Part shown: one piece after another, positions 41,521 to 52,869 of the stretch
Layout: each line of letters begins with the position of its first letter
Numbering within the stretch: the stretch's first letter is position 1
Source: Alphaproteobacteria bacterium
GTDB lineage: Bacteria; Pseudomonadota; Alphaproteobacteria; SP197
DNA: 64,000 bases
Reading direction: 5' to 3'
Assembly (NCBI GenBank): GCA_964291415.2
Contig: OZ219917.1
Location: 992,001-1,056,000 of the forward strand
Notes under the pieces: model-generated
Databases searched by the model: none
Seen by the model: only the letters and a program-made list of their open reading frames with translations
What the model was told of the DNA's origin: nothing
Position numbers and translations under genes: made by a program

Positions 41521-42381
41521 TCATTCGGCCGGCCTCGGTCCCGCGAGGCAGGCGTGCCGGTTCACGTCCTTGTAGAGCAGGTAACGGAACCGCCCGGGGC
41601 CACCTGCATAGCAGGCTTGCGGACAAAACGCGCGCAACCACATGAAGTCGCCGGCCTCGACCTCGATCCAGTCGCTGTTGAGCTTGTAGACCGCCTTGCC
41701 TTCGAGCACGTAAAGCCCGTGCTCCATGACGTGGGTCTCCTCAAAGGGGATCAGGCCCCCGGGCTCGAAGGTGACGATGTTGACATGCATGTCGTGGCGC
41801 AGGTCGTTCGGATCGACGAAGCGCGTCGTCGCCCAGCGGCCATCCGTGTCCGGCATCGGTGTGGGCAGGATGTCCTGCTCGTTGGCGAACACCGGATCCG
41901 GCGCCTTGAGCCCCTCGACCTGTTCGTAACGTTTGCGAATCCAGTGGAATCGGGCGGGTTCGTCCCCGGTGTTGGACACCGCCCATGATGCGCATGGCGG
42001 AAGATAGGCATAGCCGCCAGGGCCCAGTGTGCGGGTCGTGCGATCCAGCATGATGTCCAGCCTTCCGCCGGTGACAAAGATCACGCCTTCCGCCTCGTGT
42101 TCCGGTTCCGGGCGGTGGCTGCCGCCGCCGGGCGCCACCTCCATCACATACTGCGAGAACGTCTCGGCGAAGCCGGACAGCGGCCGGGCGATGACCCAGG
42201 CTCTCGTGTCTTCCCAATCCGGCAGCAGGCTGGCGACGATGTCGCTGAAGACGCCACGCGGTATCACCGCATAGGCTTCGGTGAAGATGGCCCGGCCCGT
42301 CATCATGGCGGATTGCGGCGGAAGTCCGCCTCGGGGCGCGTAATAGCTGCGCCCGGTTGTCGGCGTATCCGGGGGCGTCAT
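41521..42381 (-). CDS. allE: (S)-ureidoglycine aminohydrolase (YlbA/AllE bicupin)
   Basis: YYAP.GGLPPQ, TEAYAVIP, RPLSGFAETFSQY, DMHVNIVTF, ETHVMEHGLYVLEG, FCPQACYAGG, YKDVNRH. Confidence 0.9.
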   Translation of the reverse strand: MTPPDTPTTGRSYYAPRGGLPPQSAMMTGRAIFTEAYAVIPRGVFSDIVASLLPDWEDTRAWVIARPLSGFAETFSQYVMEVAPGGGSHRPEPEHEAEGVIFVTGGRLDIMLDRTTRTLGPGGYAYLPPCASWAVSNTGDEPARFHWIRKRYEQVEGLKAPDPVFANEQDILPTPMPDTDGRWATTRFVDPNDLRHDMHVNIVTFEPGGLIPFEETHVMEHGLYVLEGKAVYKLNSDWIEVEAGDFMWLRAFCPQACYAGGPGRFRYLLYKDVNRHACLAGPRPAE

Positions 42382-42389
42382 GTCGGCAA

Positions 42390-42712
42390 TATCTCCTTCG
42401 GGCGTGACCCTGCAATCCACTCGACTTGGGCGCACGACTCGGCAATCTCGGTCTCGTACTCTCTTCGATCCGGAGTTCGAAGAGTGCCAGGATGTCGATC
42501 TTGCCAAGGTCGCACAGCTCGATCGTGAAGGGGAAGCCGAACTTCTCGGTGTAACGGATGTCGAGGGCGGCGTGATCCTCGTCAGTCGGTGCGCCCAGGC
42601 CCGCGTTCGCCCGCTCCTCCGTCGAGCGCTTGGCGACAGCCGGACGGCCGGCGAGACCAGGGTGCGCGGTCGACATGCCGAGCCGCTCGTCCCGCCATTC
42701 CTTCACACGCAA
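42390..42712 (-). pseudogene. OHCU decarboxylase (UraD) remnant
   Basis: AHPGLAGRPAVAKRSTEERANAGL..YTEKFGFPFTI..KIDILALFELRIE resembles the UraD HPDLAG/FGFPF motifs but has deletions and no N-terminus. Confidence 0.7.
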
Positions 42713-42735
42713 AGTTCTCCATTGCCGAGCATCAA

Positions 42736-43014
42736 CTACCTGCTCTGCCGCTCAAGCAGTTGTCGCCGTACATCCGTCCCTTCGAGCGCCGAATTCCTCT
42801 GCCATGCATCCAGAGCGGTTTCGCCGAAATCGGTCCGGGCAGCGAGATCCGCGCCGGCATCCAGCAGAAGCGTCAGGATCAGAGGGGTCTCCGCAAACCC
42901 GGTCGCCAGGAAGAGGGTCGTGGCGTCGGCGCGCAGTGCGAGAGGGTCATTGGTGTACACGTGCCTGCCAACACCGCGACAGGCATGAAGCGCCACATCC
43001 TCCTGATCTGTCAT
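42736..43014 (-). pseudogene. Ankyrin-repeat protein C-terminal remnant
   Basis: TTLFLATGF..TPLILTLLLDAGADLAARTDFGETALD (ankyrin LL.AGAD...D..G.T.L pattern). Only about 1.5 repeats. Confidence 0.6.
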
Positions 43015-43105
43015 CGTCGACCGGTCCGGTCTCGATTCTCGTATGTTGATGGCTTGCTCGTCCCATGACCCGGCGATGATCCAGTCGACGGGAAGAGATC
43101 AGTTC

Positions 43106-44254
43106 TCAGGCTTGGCGCCGGCAGCGGTCGATGGCGTGGGTGAGGCGCTCGATGGCGAAGGCGATGTCGTCGGGTGTGGTGAAGCGGCCGATGCCGAGGC
43201 GGATGGATGAGGCGGCTTGTTCAGGCGTGAGGCCGATGGCGCGCAGCACGTAGGAGGGCTCGACAACGGCAGACGTGCAGGCCGACCCGGTGGAGAAGGC
43301 GAGTTCGGGAACCTGGGATATCAGGTGTCCGGCATCGACGCCCTCGATGGCGAGATTGAGATTGCCTGGCAGGCGGTTCTCGAGCGGCGGTCCGTTGAGG
43401 GAGGTTCCGGGGAGGCCTTCGATGAGGGCGTGCGCCAGGGTGTTGAGCCTTGCCGCTTCCCCGTCCTGGCTGGCCGCCGCAAGGCTCGCTGCCTTGCCGA
43501 AGCCTATTGCCAGGGGCGCCGGCACGGTGCCCGAACGCAGGGTGCGTTCCTGGCCGCCACCGGAAAACAGAGGTTCGATGCGTGCCCGCGGCCGGCGGCG
43601 CACGAAGAGGACGCCGATGCCCTTCGGTCCGTAGACCTTGTGGCCGGAGAGACTCATCAGATCGATGGCTGCCGTGTTGACATCGAGCGGAATCCGTCCG
43701 GCGGCCTGGGCCGCGTCGCAATGGAAGAGGGCGCCGCAGGCGCGGGCCATGGCGCCGATGTCGGCGAGGGGCTGCAGGGTGCCGATTTCGTTGTTGGCTG
43801 CCATCACCGATACCAGGATGACGTCATCATCGAGAGCGTGTGCGAGGCGTTGGGTATCCACCATGCCATCGCTCCCGACCGGCAGCACGTCCGTGGTGAA
43901 CCCTTCCGCGGCAAGTGCCTTCACGCTCTCGAGAACGCACTTGTGCTCGCTGGCCACGGTGATGATCCGGTTGCGGCGTCCCTTCATTCGCCTCTCGAAC
44001 CGGGCCGCACCCTTGATTGCCAGGTTGTTGGACTCCGTGGCTCCGGACGTGAAGATGATCTCCCGCGCATCGGCGCCGACGAGACGGGCGATGGACCGGC
44101 GGGCGTCCTCGACCGCAGCAGCGGCATCGGTCCCGAAAGCGTGGTTGACCGAGTGGGGATTGCCGAACTGCTCGTGGAACCAGGGCATCATGGCATCGAC
44201 GACCACGGGGTCCACCGGCGTGGTGGCGTTGCAGTCGAGATACAGGGGTGTCAT
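43106..44254 (-). CDS. iscS: Cysteine desulfurase IscS
   Basis: YLDCNATTP, FGNPHS, FTSGATESNN, SLSGHKVYGPKGIG, GGGQE..RSGT, STGSACTS, IRLGIGRFT. Confidence 0.93.
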   Translation of the reverse strand: MTPLYLDCNATTPVDPVVVDAMMPWFHEQFGNPHSVNHAFGTDAAAAVEDARRSIARLVGADAREIIFTSGATESNNLAIKGAARFERRMKGRRNRIITVASEHKCVLESVKALAAEGFTTDVLPVGSDGMVDTQRLAHALDDDVILVSVMAANNEIGTLQPLADIGAMARACGALFHCDAAQAAGRIPLDVNTAAIDLMSLSGHKVYGPKGIGVLFVRRRPRARIEPLFSGGGQERTLRSGTVPAPLAIGFGKAASLAAASQDGEAARLNTLAHALIEGLPGTSLNGPPLENRLPGNLNLAIEGVDAGHLISQVPELAFSTGSACTSAVVEPSYVLRAIGLTPEQAASSIRLGIGRFTTPDDIAFAIERLTHAIDRCRRQA

Positions 44255-45771
44255 CGCGCTGCCTGCCTTCGTGTCCGGTGCCGGACATCGGCGGCCTTCC
44301 ATGCTCTCACCGCGGCGTCGCAGTCTTGCGCAGTACTCGACCAACCGAGGCTGAGGCGCACCGCGTGGCGGCTGAGTGACGGAAACCCCATGGCCTCGAT
44401 GACAGCGGAGGGTTCCATCCTGCCGGAGGAGCACGCGGCTCCGGCGCTGATCGCGACAGAATCCAGATCGAAGCTCATCACCATGGTCTCGGCATCGATT
44501 TCAGGGTGGGCGATGGCCAGCGTGTTGTCGAGGCGTCTGGTCTCACCCGAGAACACCACGGCGTCCGGCACGGCATCCAGCATGCGCGCCTCCATGTCGT
44601 CGCGAAGCTGCCGCAAGCGTGTCGCATCGTCACCGGATGCGGCAGTCACGGCCGCGCCGAAGGCAGCAATGGCGGCGAGCGACTCGGTGCCGGCGCGCAA
44701 TCCGTATTCCTGGCCGCCACCCCGTGAACGGGCGGCAAGGGGAACACCATCCCGCACGATCAGCGCTCCGGCACCGGCCATGCCACCGAACTTGTGTGCC
44801 GAAAGACTGACGAGGTCCGCCTCCTGCCAGGCGCCGCAGTAGCGTCCGGCGGCCTGCACGGCATCACAGTGAACCAGGGCGCCGTGCCGGCGGGCGATAT
44901 GCATGACATCGGCCAGAGGCTGCACGACTCCGGTTTCGTTGTTGGCTGCCATCACCGAGACCAGGGCCGGACCGGCATCATGGTCAAGCTCGGCCTCGAG
45001 AACTGCCAGATCGACGCATCCTTGGTGGTCGACGGGAATGGTGACGGTACCGCGGACGGCCTTGGCCACCGACGGATGCTCGACGGCCGAGATCAGGACG
45101 CGCCTCAAGTCCGGGCCGAGGAGCGCCAGATTGTTGGCCTCCGTTCCGCCCGAGGTGAAGATCACCTCAAGGGGGCTGCACCCGACATATGACGCCACGG
45201 TCTCACGGGCGTCCTCGATGAGCGCCCGGGCACGGCGGCCATGGCGGTGAACCGAAGAGGCATTGCCGGCGCACGCCATCGCCCGGGAGGCCGCCTTGCG
45301 TGCTTCCACACGCAAGGGTGACGTGGCGTTGTGATCGAGATAGTGGGTCGCGGGACGCTGCGGTCCCCGGCACATGTCCTCGAGGGTGACGCCATCCAGG
45401 TAGGTTTCAATGTGGTCGCCAAGTCCGGCCCACAGGTCGTGGGTGTGACAGCGGGTCCGGTTCGCCATGCAGCCTCTTGAAGGGCCTTCGTTGCGGCACC
45501 GCGTGATCCGTGTCGATTCATCCACCGCCGCCACCACGTCCATGATCGAGATGTGGTGGGCAGGATGGGCAAGCAGGTATCCCCCACCGGGTCCACGGAC
45601 GCTGTTGACGATCCCGTGTCGGCGCAACCGGGCGAACAGTTGCTCAAGGTAGGAGAGCGGGATTTCCTGCCGGCGGGAGACGTCCGCAAGACGAACAGGG
45701 TGTGCTCCGGCGTTGAGGCCAAGGTCGACCATGGCCATCACGGCATAGCGTCCCCGGGATCCAAGCTTCAT
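44251..45771 (-). CDS. Fusion: IscR (Rrf2 regulator) + NifS/IscS-like cysteine desulfurase
   Basis: N-terminal about 135 aa: [45 protein letters not shown]. Same frame continues [40 protein letters not shown]. Confidence 0.9.
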   Translation of the reverse strand: MKLGSRGRYAVMAMVDLGLNAGAHPVRLADVSRRQEIPLSYLEQLFARLRRHGIVNSVRGPGGGYLLAHPAHHISIMDVVAAVDESTRITRCRNEGPSRGCMANRTRCHTHDLWAGLGDHIETYLDGVTLEDMCRGPQRPATHYLDHNATSPLRVEARKAASRAMACAGNASSVHRHGRRARALIEDARETVASYVGCSPLEVIFTSGGTEANNLALLGPDLRRVLISAVEHPSVAKAVRGTVTIPVDHQGCVDLAVLEAELDHDAGPALVSVMAANNETGVVQPLADVMHIARRHGALVHCDAVQAAGRYCGAWQEADLVSLSAHKFGGMAGAGALIVRDGVPLAARSRGGGQEYGLRAGTESLAAIAAFGAAVTAASGDDATRLRQLRDDMEARMLDAVPDAVVFSGETRRLDNTLAIAHPEIDAETMVMSFDLDSVAISAGAACSSGRMEPSAVIEAMGFPSLSRHAVRLSLGWSSTAQDCDAAVRAWKAADVRHRTRRQAAR

Positions 45772-46511
45772 GGATCGCCAGCCCGGGTGTTGCCATCGTC
45801 GCCGGCTGCCGCCGGACTGTCTTGAGGAGGTTGCGGATTCCGGGTGCCGGCAGGGTCTCCGGGGTCCTCGATCCGGGCAAGGCGTGACTCGAGATCGTCG
45901 ATGTGGTCAAGAACGCTCTTCAGCGCCTTGCTGACCGGGTCGGGCATGTCGGCCGAGGAAACACCGTAGGCGGCGAAGAACGAGTCGCGCCTTTGGGCGC
46001 CGGAGTCGACGGCGCGTGCAGGGATTCCGACAACCGTGGTTCCCGGAGCGACGTCCTTGACGACAACGGCATTGGAACCGATCAGGGCGCCCTTGCCGAC
46101 GACGACAGGTCCGAGAATCTTGGCGCCGGCGCCGACGACGACATTGTCGGCCAGCGTCGGATGCCGCTTGCCCTGATTCCAGGTCGTCCCGCCGAGCGTG
46201 ACGCCGTGATAAAGTGTGACGTCATCGCCGATTTCGGAGGTTTCGCCAATCACGACGCCCATGCCGTGGTCAATGAAGAATCCGCGCCCGATGGTAGCGC
46301 CTGGATGGATCTCGATACCGCTCAGGAATCGGCCGACGTGGGAGATGAACCGTCCGGGCAGCTTGAAGCCGCGGATCCACAGCCAGTGGCTGATCCTGTA
46401 GACGGCGAGGGCATGAAAACCGGGATAGCACAGCACCACTTCCAGCAGATTGCGCACGGCAGGGTCGCGCCCGAAGGGTGCGCGCAGGTCCTGCTTGAGG
46501 GTCTTGAACAT
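45768..46511 (-). CDS. cysE: Serine O-acetyltransferase
   Basis: [45 protein letters not shown]. Confidence 0.95.
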   Translation of the reverse strand: MFKTLKQDLRAPFGRDPAVRNLLEVVLCYPGFHALAVYRISHWLWIRGFKLPGRFISHVGRFLSGIEIHPGATIGRGFFIDHGMGVVIGETSEIGDDVTLYHGVTLGGTTWNQGKRHPTLADNVVVGAGAKILGPVVVGKGALIGSNAVVVKDVAPGTTVVGIPARAVDSGAQRRDSFFAAYGVSSADMPDPVSKALKSVLDHIDDLESRLARIEDPGDPAGTRNPQPPQDSPAAAGDDGNTRAGDP

Positions 46512-46583
46512 GGTGCCTTCCAGCTATTCTTGTGTGTGACGGGACTTGATGCCCGTCTTCGAAGGGCCGGCACTGAGAGATAG

Positions 46584-46608
46584 ATAGCCGACCTCAGGAG
46601 TCAAGTAT
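46584..46608 (-). promoter_or_regulatory. IscR type-1 binding site overlapping a likely -35 (TTGACT) of the cysE-iscR::iscS-iscS operon
   Basis: Minus strand ATACTTGACT-CCTGA-GGTCGGCTAT versus the E. coli type-1 consensus ATASYYGACT-N5-AGTCRRSTAT: 19 of 20 arm positions match. Confidence 0.7.
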
Positions 46609-46635
46609 ATCCGGTGCGCCGCGAAGGAGGACACC

Positions 46636-47268
46636 ATGCCTGAACTCTTCGTCCCCGGTCCCCGGGGCCGGCTCGAAGCCCGTCTTGCCGGCGCGGCCGA
46701 TCCCGCCTGCCCGGTGGCTGTCGTCCTTCATCCCCATCCGCTTCATGGCGGCACCATGAACAACAAGGTGGCCTACGCCATCTTCCGCAGTCTCGTCGAG
46801 GCCGGATGCCACGCGATTCGCTTCAACTTCCGGGGTGTCGGACGCAGTTGTGGGGAGCATGACGGCGGCGATGGAGAGGTCGAGGACGCGCTGGCCGTCG
46901 TCGACTGGATGCAGCGCCGGCACCCCCAGTCATCGGCGACGTGGATCGCCGGATTCTCCTTTGGAGCCTGGGTCGCCGCCAGGGTCCTGGCGAGGCGCCG
47001 CGACATCGGCCGGTTCGTGCTGGTGGCTCCCGACGCGACCACGCGCGACTGGTCGTTCCTCGAAGAGGTCCCTGCCGATGGTCTCGTCATCCAGGGCAAT
47101 GCCGACACCGTCGTCGCTCCCGATGATGTGGCGGCACTGGCCGGAACCCTGGTCTCTCTCACGCGATCACTGCGTTTCGAGATGATCGAAGGCGCGGGAC
47201 ATTTCTTCGAGAACGACATGGAGGCCGTAAGGGGGCTGGTCCGTGATCATGCCCTCCGGCCACGATGA
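46636..47268 (+). CDS. Alpha/beta hydrolase (conserved divergent neighbour of cysE/isc)
   Basis: GPRGRLE, LHPHP..GGTMNNKV, RFNFRGVG.S, AGFSFGAW, GAGHFF. Confidence 0.9.
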   Translation: MPELFVPGPRGRLEARLAGAADPACPVAVVLHPHPLHGGTMNNKVAYAIFRSLVEAGCHAIRFNFRGVGRSCGEHDGGDGEVEDALAVVDWMQRRHPQSSATWIAGFSFGAWVAARVLARRRDIGRFVLVAPDATTRDWSFLEEVPADGLVIQGNADTVVAPDDVAALAGTLVSLTRSLRFEMIEGAGHFFENDMEAVRGLVRDHALRPR

Positions 47269-48317
47269 AATGCACCCCCCGTGACCGGTTCGCGGCAACC
47301 GGTGGTCGACGGCTGGCTGAGCGGCAGACCGGCAAGGGAGCGCACGGCAAGGTAGGCGAAGGCCTCGGCTTCGAGGCTGTCTCCGTCCCAGCCGACATCT
47401 TCGGCCACCCTCACTTCCGCAGGGAGGCGGTGCTGCAATTCGGCGATGAGATGTCGGTTGTGACGGCCGCCGCCGCAGACGATCCAGAGCACCGGGTCGC
47501 GCGGCATGAAGCGGCGGGCCCGTTCCACGGCCCCGGTCGTGAGGTCGACGAGAGTGGCGGCGCCGTCCGCCGCAGACAAATCGGCGATGTCGATGGCGAT
47601 CGAATCACGGTCCAGAGACCGGGGAGGCGGACGATCAAACCACGCGTTGGTGTCGAAGACGGCCGCCACTCGGTCGCGATGGGACTGTCCCCGGGCAGCG
47701 AGACCTCCGTCCCTGTCGAAAGGTTCCCCGGTCCGCGCCAGGATCCAGTCGTCAAGCAGGGCTCCCCCGGGTCCGGTATCGAAGGCGATCAGCTTCCCGT
47801 CGCCAATCCACGTCGCGTTCGCCACGCCACCGACATTGAGGACGCAGACGGGAGACTGGCCCAGGGCGGCAGAGAGGACAGCATGGTAGAGGGGCGCCAA
47901 CGGCGCTCCCTCGCCACCCGACGCCATGTCCCGGCTGCGAAAGTCGCAGATGACATCGATACCGGTGGCCTCGGCCAGGAGGGCGCCGTTGCCGATCTGC
48001 CACGTCAGCCCTTCGGCAGGCCGGTGGGCGATGGTCTGCCCGTGAAAGCCGATTACATCGATGTCGCCCGGCTGCATGCCGGCTCTGTCGAGCAGGCGAT
48101 CGACAGCCCCTCGGGCCATCAACGTGAGGTGGTGCGCCGTGGCCGGAACATCGCCGCCACCGCCGAGACAGGCCTTGAGAGCGCTGCGAAGAGCGGTGTC
48201 GAAGGGACATGTCAGGGCCACACCGCGGCGCACGGTCGTCATGCCGTCAGTCTCGATGAGCGCGGCGTCGATCCCGTCGAGAGAGGTGCCGCTCATCAGT
48301 CCGATGGCTCTCTTCAA
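47247..48317 (-). CDS. anmK: Anhydro-N-acetylmuramic acid kinase
   Basis: IGLMSGTSLDGID, GFHGQT, DFR..D...GGEGAPL, NVGGVAN, FDTGPG, EA.AFAYLA. Confidence 0.93.
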   Translation of the reverse strand: MKRAIGLMSGTSLDGIDAALIETDGMTTVRRGVALTCPFDTALRSALKACLGGGGDVPATAHHLTLMARGAVDRLLDRAGMQPGDIDVIGFHGQTIAHRPAEGLTWQIGNGALLAEATGIDVICDFRSRDMASGGEGAPLAPLYHAVLSAALGQSPVCVLNVGGVANATWIGDGKLIAFDTGPGGALLDDWILARTGEPFDRDGGLAARGQSHRDRVAAVFDTNAWFDRPPPRSLDRDSIAIDIADLSAADGAATLVDLTTGAVERARRFMPRDPVLWIVCGGGRHNRHLIAELQHRLPAEVRVAEDVGWDGDSLEAEAFAYLAVRSLAGLPLSQPSTTGCREPVTGGAFHRGRRA

Positions 48318-48427
48318 CAGCCTCGAGCCCCCCGGGCGACCGTTACGGCGCCAGTCTATTCCGGTGCTCCCGTCGCCCGCAATGTGACGCTTGCCTTATC
48401 CGGTGAGCGGCGGCAGATTGCGCCATC

Positions 48428-49681
48428 ATGAACAGTCCCGCCTCCGAATTCCTGCGGACGATCATCGACCGCGGGTTCATGCACCAGTGCACCGACACGC
48501 AGGCCCTCGACGAGAAGGCCGCGGCCGGCACGGTGGTCGGCTACATCGGTTTCGATTGCACGGCGCCCAGTCTCCACGTCGGCAGCATGGTCCCGATCAT
48601 GCTGCTGCGGCACCTGCAGCGTTGCGGTCACAAGCCCATCGTTCTCATGGGTGGAGGGACCACGAAGGTCGGCGATCCCTCGTTTCGCGACGAGGTGCGG
48701 CCACTGCTCGACGACGCGGCGATCGCCGCCAACAAGGCGAGCATCAGGAAAGTGTTCTCGAGGTACCTTTCGTTCGGCGACGGAACCACGGATGCGGTGA
48801 TGGTCGACAATGACGAATGGCTTTCGGAGCTTCTCTACGTTCCGTTCCTGCGCACCGTCGGGCGCCATTTTTCGGTCAACCGCATGCTGTCGATGGATTC
48901 GGTGAAGTCCAGGCTGGAACGCGAACAGCCCCTGTCGTTTCTCGAGTTCAACTACATGATCCTCCAGGCCTACGATTTCGTGGAACTGCAGCGGCGTTTC
49001 GGATGTACGCTGCAGATGGGCGGATCTGACCAGTGGGGCAACATCGTCAACGGTGTCGAACTTGGACGCCGCCTCGTGGATGCACCGCTCTTCGGCCTGA
49101 CGACGCCGCTCATCACGACAGCAACGGGCGCCAAGATGGGCAAGACGGCAAAGGGCGCCGTGTGGCTCGACGCGGGCATGCGTTCGCCCTGGGATTTCTG
49201 GCAGTTCTGGAGGAACACCGAGGACGGTGACGTCGGCCGCTTTCTTCGCCTGTTTACCGATCTTGAATTGGACGAAATCGTCCGTCTCGAGAGTCTCGAG
49301 GGTGCGGAGATCAACGAGGCCAAGAAGGTTCTCGCCAACGAGGCAACCCGCCTGTGTCACGGGGAGGCCGAGGCGCGTCGCTGCGCAGCGACCGCCCGAA
49401 GCACCTTCGAGGAGGGAGGAATGTCGCGGGGCCTGCCCGTGACGACGCTTCCGCAGGCCTGTTTCGATGACGGGTTGGTGGCCTTCGAGGCGTTCCATCG
49501 CGTAGGTCTCGCCGCGACCCGCTCGGATGCCCGCCGACTCATCCGGGGTGGCGGCGCCCGCCTCAACGACGCGGTCATTTCCGACGAGTTTCTGAAGATA
49601 ACCCGTACCGATCTCAATGACGGCGCGGTCAAGCTCTCCGCCGGCCGCAAGCGTCACGCACTCATCGTGCCTGACTCCTGA
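48428..49681 (+). CDS. tyrS: Tyrosine--tRNA ligase
   Basis: [44 protein letters not shown]-terminal S4 domain. Confidence 0.98.
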   Translation: MNSPASEFLRTIIDRGFMHQCTDTQALDEKAAAGTVVGYIGFDCTAPSLHVGSMVPIMLLRHLQRCGHKPIVLMGGGTTKVGDPSFRDEVRPLLDDAAIAANKASIRKVFSRYLSFGDGTTDAVMVDNDEWLSELLYVPFLRTVGRHFSVNRMLSMDSVKSRLEREQPLSFLEFNYMILQAYDFVELQRRFGCTLQMGGSDQWGNIVNGVELGRRLVDAPLFGLTTPLITTATGAKMGKTAKGAVWLDAGMRSPWDFWQFWRNTEDGDVGRFLRLFTDLELDEIVRLESLEGAEINEAKKVLANEATRLCHGEAEARRCAATARSTFEEGGMSRGLPVTTLPQACFDDGLVAFEAFHRVGLAATRSDARRLIRGGGARLNDAVISDEFLKITRTDLNDGAVKLSAGRKRHALIVPDS

Positions 49682-49747
49682 CCCCTGAGGGCAGGCGACG
49701 GACCTGCGCATTGGCAGGGTGCATCGCGCGCGTTCCCGGTCAGGGGG

Positions 49748-52700
49748 CTATTTGTCACCCGGCGACTCGGTAAAGAGCTTGCGCAGAATGCCAGGTGCGA
49801 GGATAGAGAGAGGATTGACACGGACGTCCGGATCGTCGGCCGGTCCGTCAACGTTGAAGGTGAAGGCAAAGATGCCGCCGTCGTCTTCGGTCCCGGTGAT
49901 GATGTCGCCCAGCAGGGGGATGTCCTCGAACACGGTGTTGAGGGGGTTCGTCGGCACCATTGTGCCGGCGAAACTGACCTGTTCCTGATCGGAGCGGATG
50001 TGGCCATCGAGGAGAATTCTGATCCCCCGTCCGTAGAGACGTCCATCCGAAACGGTGAGGTGTTCGCCTTCCTGGCGGAAGGGAAGCAGGGCCGCATCGA
50101 AAACGAGGCCTTCGTTGCCCAGGAGGTCTGCCAGACCGGGCAGGGAAGCGGCGGCAAAGAGGTGCGCCAGGACGGGCGCGTCATGCACGGCGAAGCGGTC
50201 GGCCTTGACGGTACCGATGACAACCGACGGAGTGCGTGATTCATCGAACCAGCCCTTGATCACCAGTTCACCCCCGTCGATGTTGTTCATTCCGACAAAC
50301 GCTCGCACGGTGTCGCCCATGTTCTCGGCGCGGTAGTCGAACCGGCGTTCATCCTGTGACACCCGCCAGATCTGCAGGGCCACCAGCGATCCACCCTCGA
50401 TCTCTCCGGCGGCATTGAGGCTTTCGAACCTGTCGCCGTCATAGTCGGCGTCGATGACAAGGTTGCGCACCAGCCGGTCGTCCTTCGTCCACAGGCGGTT
50501 GACCGTGCCCGCGATCTTGAGGCGAGGCATGATCCCGTTCGTTCCGTCGTTGTCGCCCAGCGGGACCATGTCGATCGATCCCGCATCGACCGTGATGGAA
50601 TAGAGGCCGTCCGGTGAGATGTGGAGCGTGCCAGTGACATCCGTACGACCGAACGCCAGCTTTTCCACATCAAGATGGACGGAATGCGGCGCGACGGTGC
50701 CGGCTGCACGGGCCACGATGTTTCCCGCCTGGACATCGAGCGCGCGGATCGCGAAAGTGCCGTCTTCCACGTTTGCAAGAAGGTGGGCGGATCCAGGTTC
50801 GCCTGCAGACTTGGCGCCGACAGGGAGTGAGGGCCGAAGGCGAGATGCCGAAGGTCCGCATCCATGCGCCATGTGATCGCACCGTTCCCAGAAACGGTTC
50901 GCGTGGCGGTGACGTCTACATCCCCGGTGGACGCGAAGGGATCGACAAGTCCGAGCGCGGTACGGTGAATCTCATCCATGCGGGCGGTGATCTCCAGCCT
51001 CTCGCGTACCTCTTCGTCGCCGGCGAGGGCCAGCTGCCAGGCGCCAGCCATCGGCACGCCGTTGAGCTGCAGGTCTCCGTTGACGTCAATCAGACCGGGC
51101 TCCGTAAAGGAGAATGTGCCATTGCCTCCAGTGACCCGATAGCCGGCGACGGGAAGGCCGAGACCGTCAAGGCTGCCTGCAAACTGATAGCCAATGTCGT
51201 CTGTTCCGGGCGCGACCAGGTCAGCGACGGTGACGTCCAGGGTGCCGGACAGCGATCCGCTGATCGTGTCGGGATCAAACCGTTCATGTGACGAAAAGGA
51301 CAGCGGTTCATGGGCGGTGACGGTCAGTACGTCCCGGATCGGGCCGGTGAGATCGACGCGGATTTCCAGCACGCCATCGAATCCGTCCAGTGTGACGAGA
51401 CCCCGACCGGCCGTGATCGCGCCGATGCTGCCGCCGGACGTTTCGATGGCGACCGCGTCTCCGGCAATTGAGACATCGCCGTCGACGTCTGCCAGGGATG
51501 GCATACCACGCAGATAGTCGATCGTGACACCGTCGACATCGACCGTGATGTCCAGGCCTGCCGTCGAGGGGTCACCCGAAGCGAGGTCGCCAAGCGTGGA
51601 GCGCATTCCCAGTGTGCCTTGTCTGATGACGCCGTTCGAGAGGTTGTTGACGATCCAGTGCCGGGCCGGCGGCGCGGCGACGACGGGCCAGTACCGGGAA
51701 AGATGGTCGACCGGCAGGTCGGCGACGGCGAGGGCCCATTCGATGGTGGAGTCATCGGTCCAGCCGTTCAGTGTCAGGTCCGCCTCGAGGCTGCCCTCCT
51801 CGATGCCTGCCACAAGGTGGCTGATCTCCAGCCCCCCGAAGGCGGGCAGGAGGCGTCCCGCCAGCGTCGTGGGACCCAGCTCGACCGGATGCCCAAAGAC
51901 GCCCGGCATGGCGAGACGTCCGCCCCCGGTGCCGAGAACGAAAGATCCCTCCGCCAGCTCCAGTTCATCGTCGAGGGCAAGTTGGAAAGAGACGTCAAGC
52001 AACAGCATCGAACCGGAGAGATCACCCAGCGAAGGCGTGATTCCCGGAAGCGATGCGAGGTCGAGATTCATCAACTCGCCGGACACGTCGATGCGCGACG
52101 TTCCTCGCTGGTGAACCGCGGCGAGTTCGAGGGGAAGCGACCCGGCTTCGGAGATGAGAACGGTCTCGAGGTTGATGCGCATGGCGTCGTCGTCGCGCGC
52201 GATGACAAGAAAGGACTCGGGCGCATCCCAGGAATGACCGCTGCCCAAGTCTTCAAGGGAGATGTCGGCTCCATCGAACCGGACATGGTGCAACCGGTCC
52301 AGGGGCGGCTTGGAACCGGCGTGGAGAAACCAATCGAGAAAGGAGGCTTCCGGCGATGCTTCTGTCAGCGAGTCGGCCAGCGCATAGTTGATGGTGCCGT
52401 TGATTTCCCGGACCAACAAGATCCTGGCCCCGTCGATCGTGATGCCAACAGGCCGCAACTCCGCCTCGATCAGTGACGGCAGGGACATGTCAAGGTCGAT
52501 GTTGCGTGACTCGAAGACGATTCCACCTTCGTTGTCGAGGACCTGGACGTCAGAAAGACTGAGGCCGTAGGTTGTCCGCCAATCGCCTCCGGAAAGAGCG
52601 GCATCGGATGCCCGAAAGGAGAAGTCCGGGACGCTCCTTTCGATCATCCCCATCACCCAGGGCGTTGCCGGACCGAGAACGATCGGTCCGTCCTGGAGCC

Positions 52701-52806
52701 TCCAGGCAAGACCCAGGAGCACCAGAACGACCAGTCCTGCGAGAATCCCCAGACCGTGGATGAGGGTCCGCAGCAGGCGACGGCCTACAATTGCGGCATA
52801 CCGCAC
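49748..52806 (-). CDS. AsmA-like/YhdP (DUF3971) bridge-like envelope protein, frameshift near 50835 (GTG start assumed)
   Basis: N-terminal TM anchor, WRLQDGPI, YWP..AP.ARHWI..NL..G. The C-terminal AsmA_2 motif GTMVP..LN..IPLLG.I..G..GIFA..VNPLS.LAPG.LR.LF is in a second frame. Confidence 0.8.
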
Positions 52807-52869
52807 GGGAGCCACTTGACCGCACCGGCCAGTCTGACCACGGTTGACGAAGTGCTTGCTGGTGCCGAC

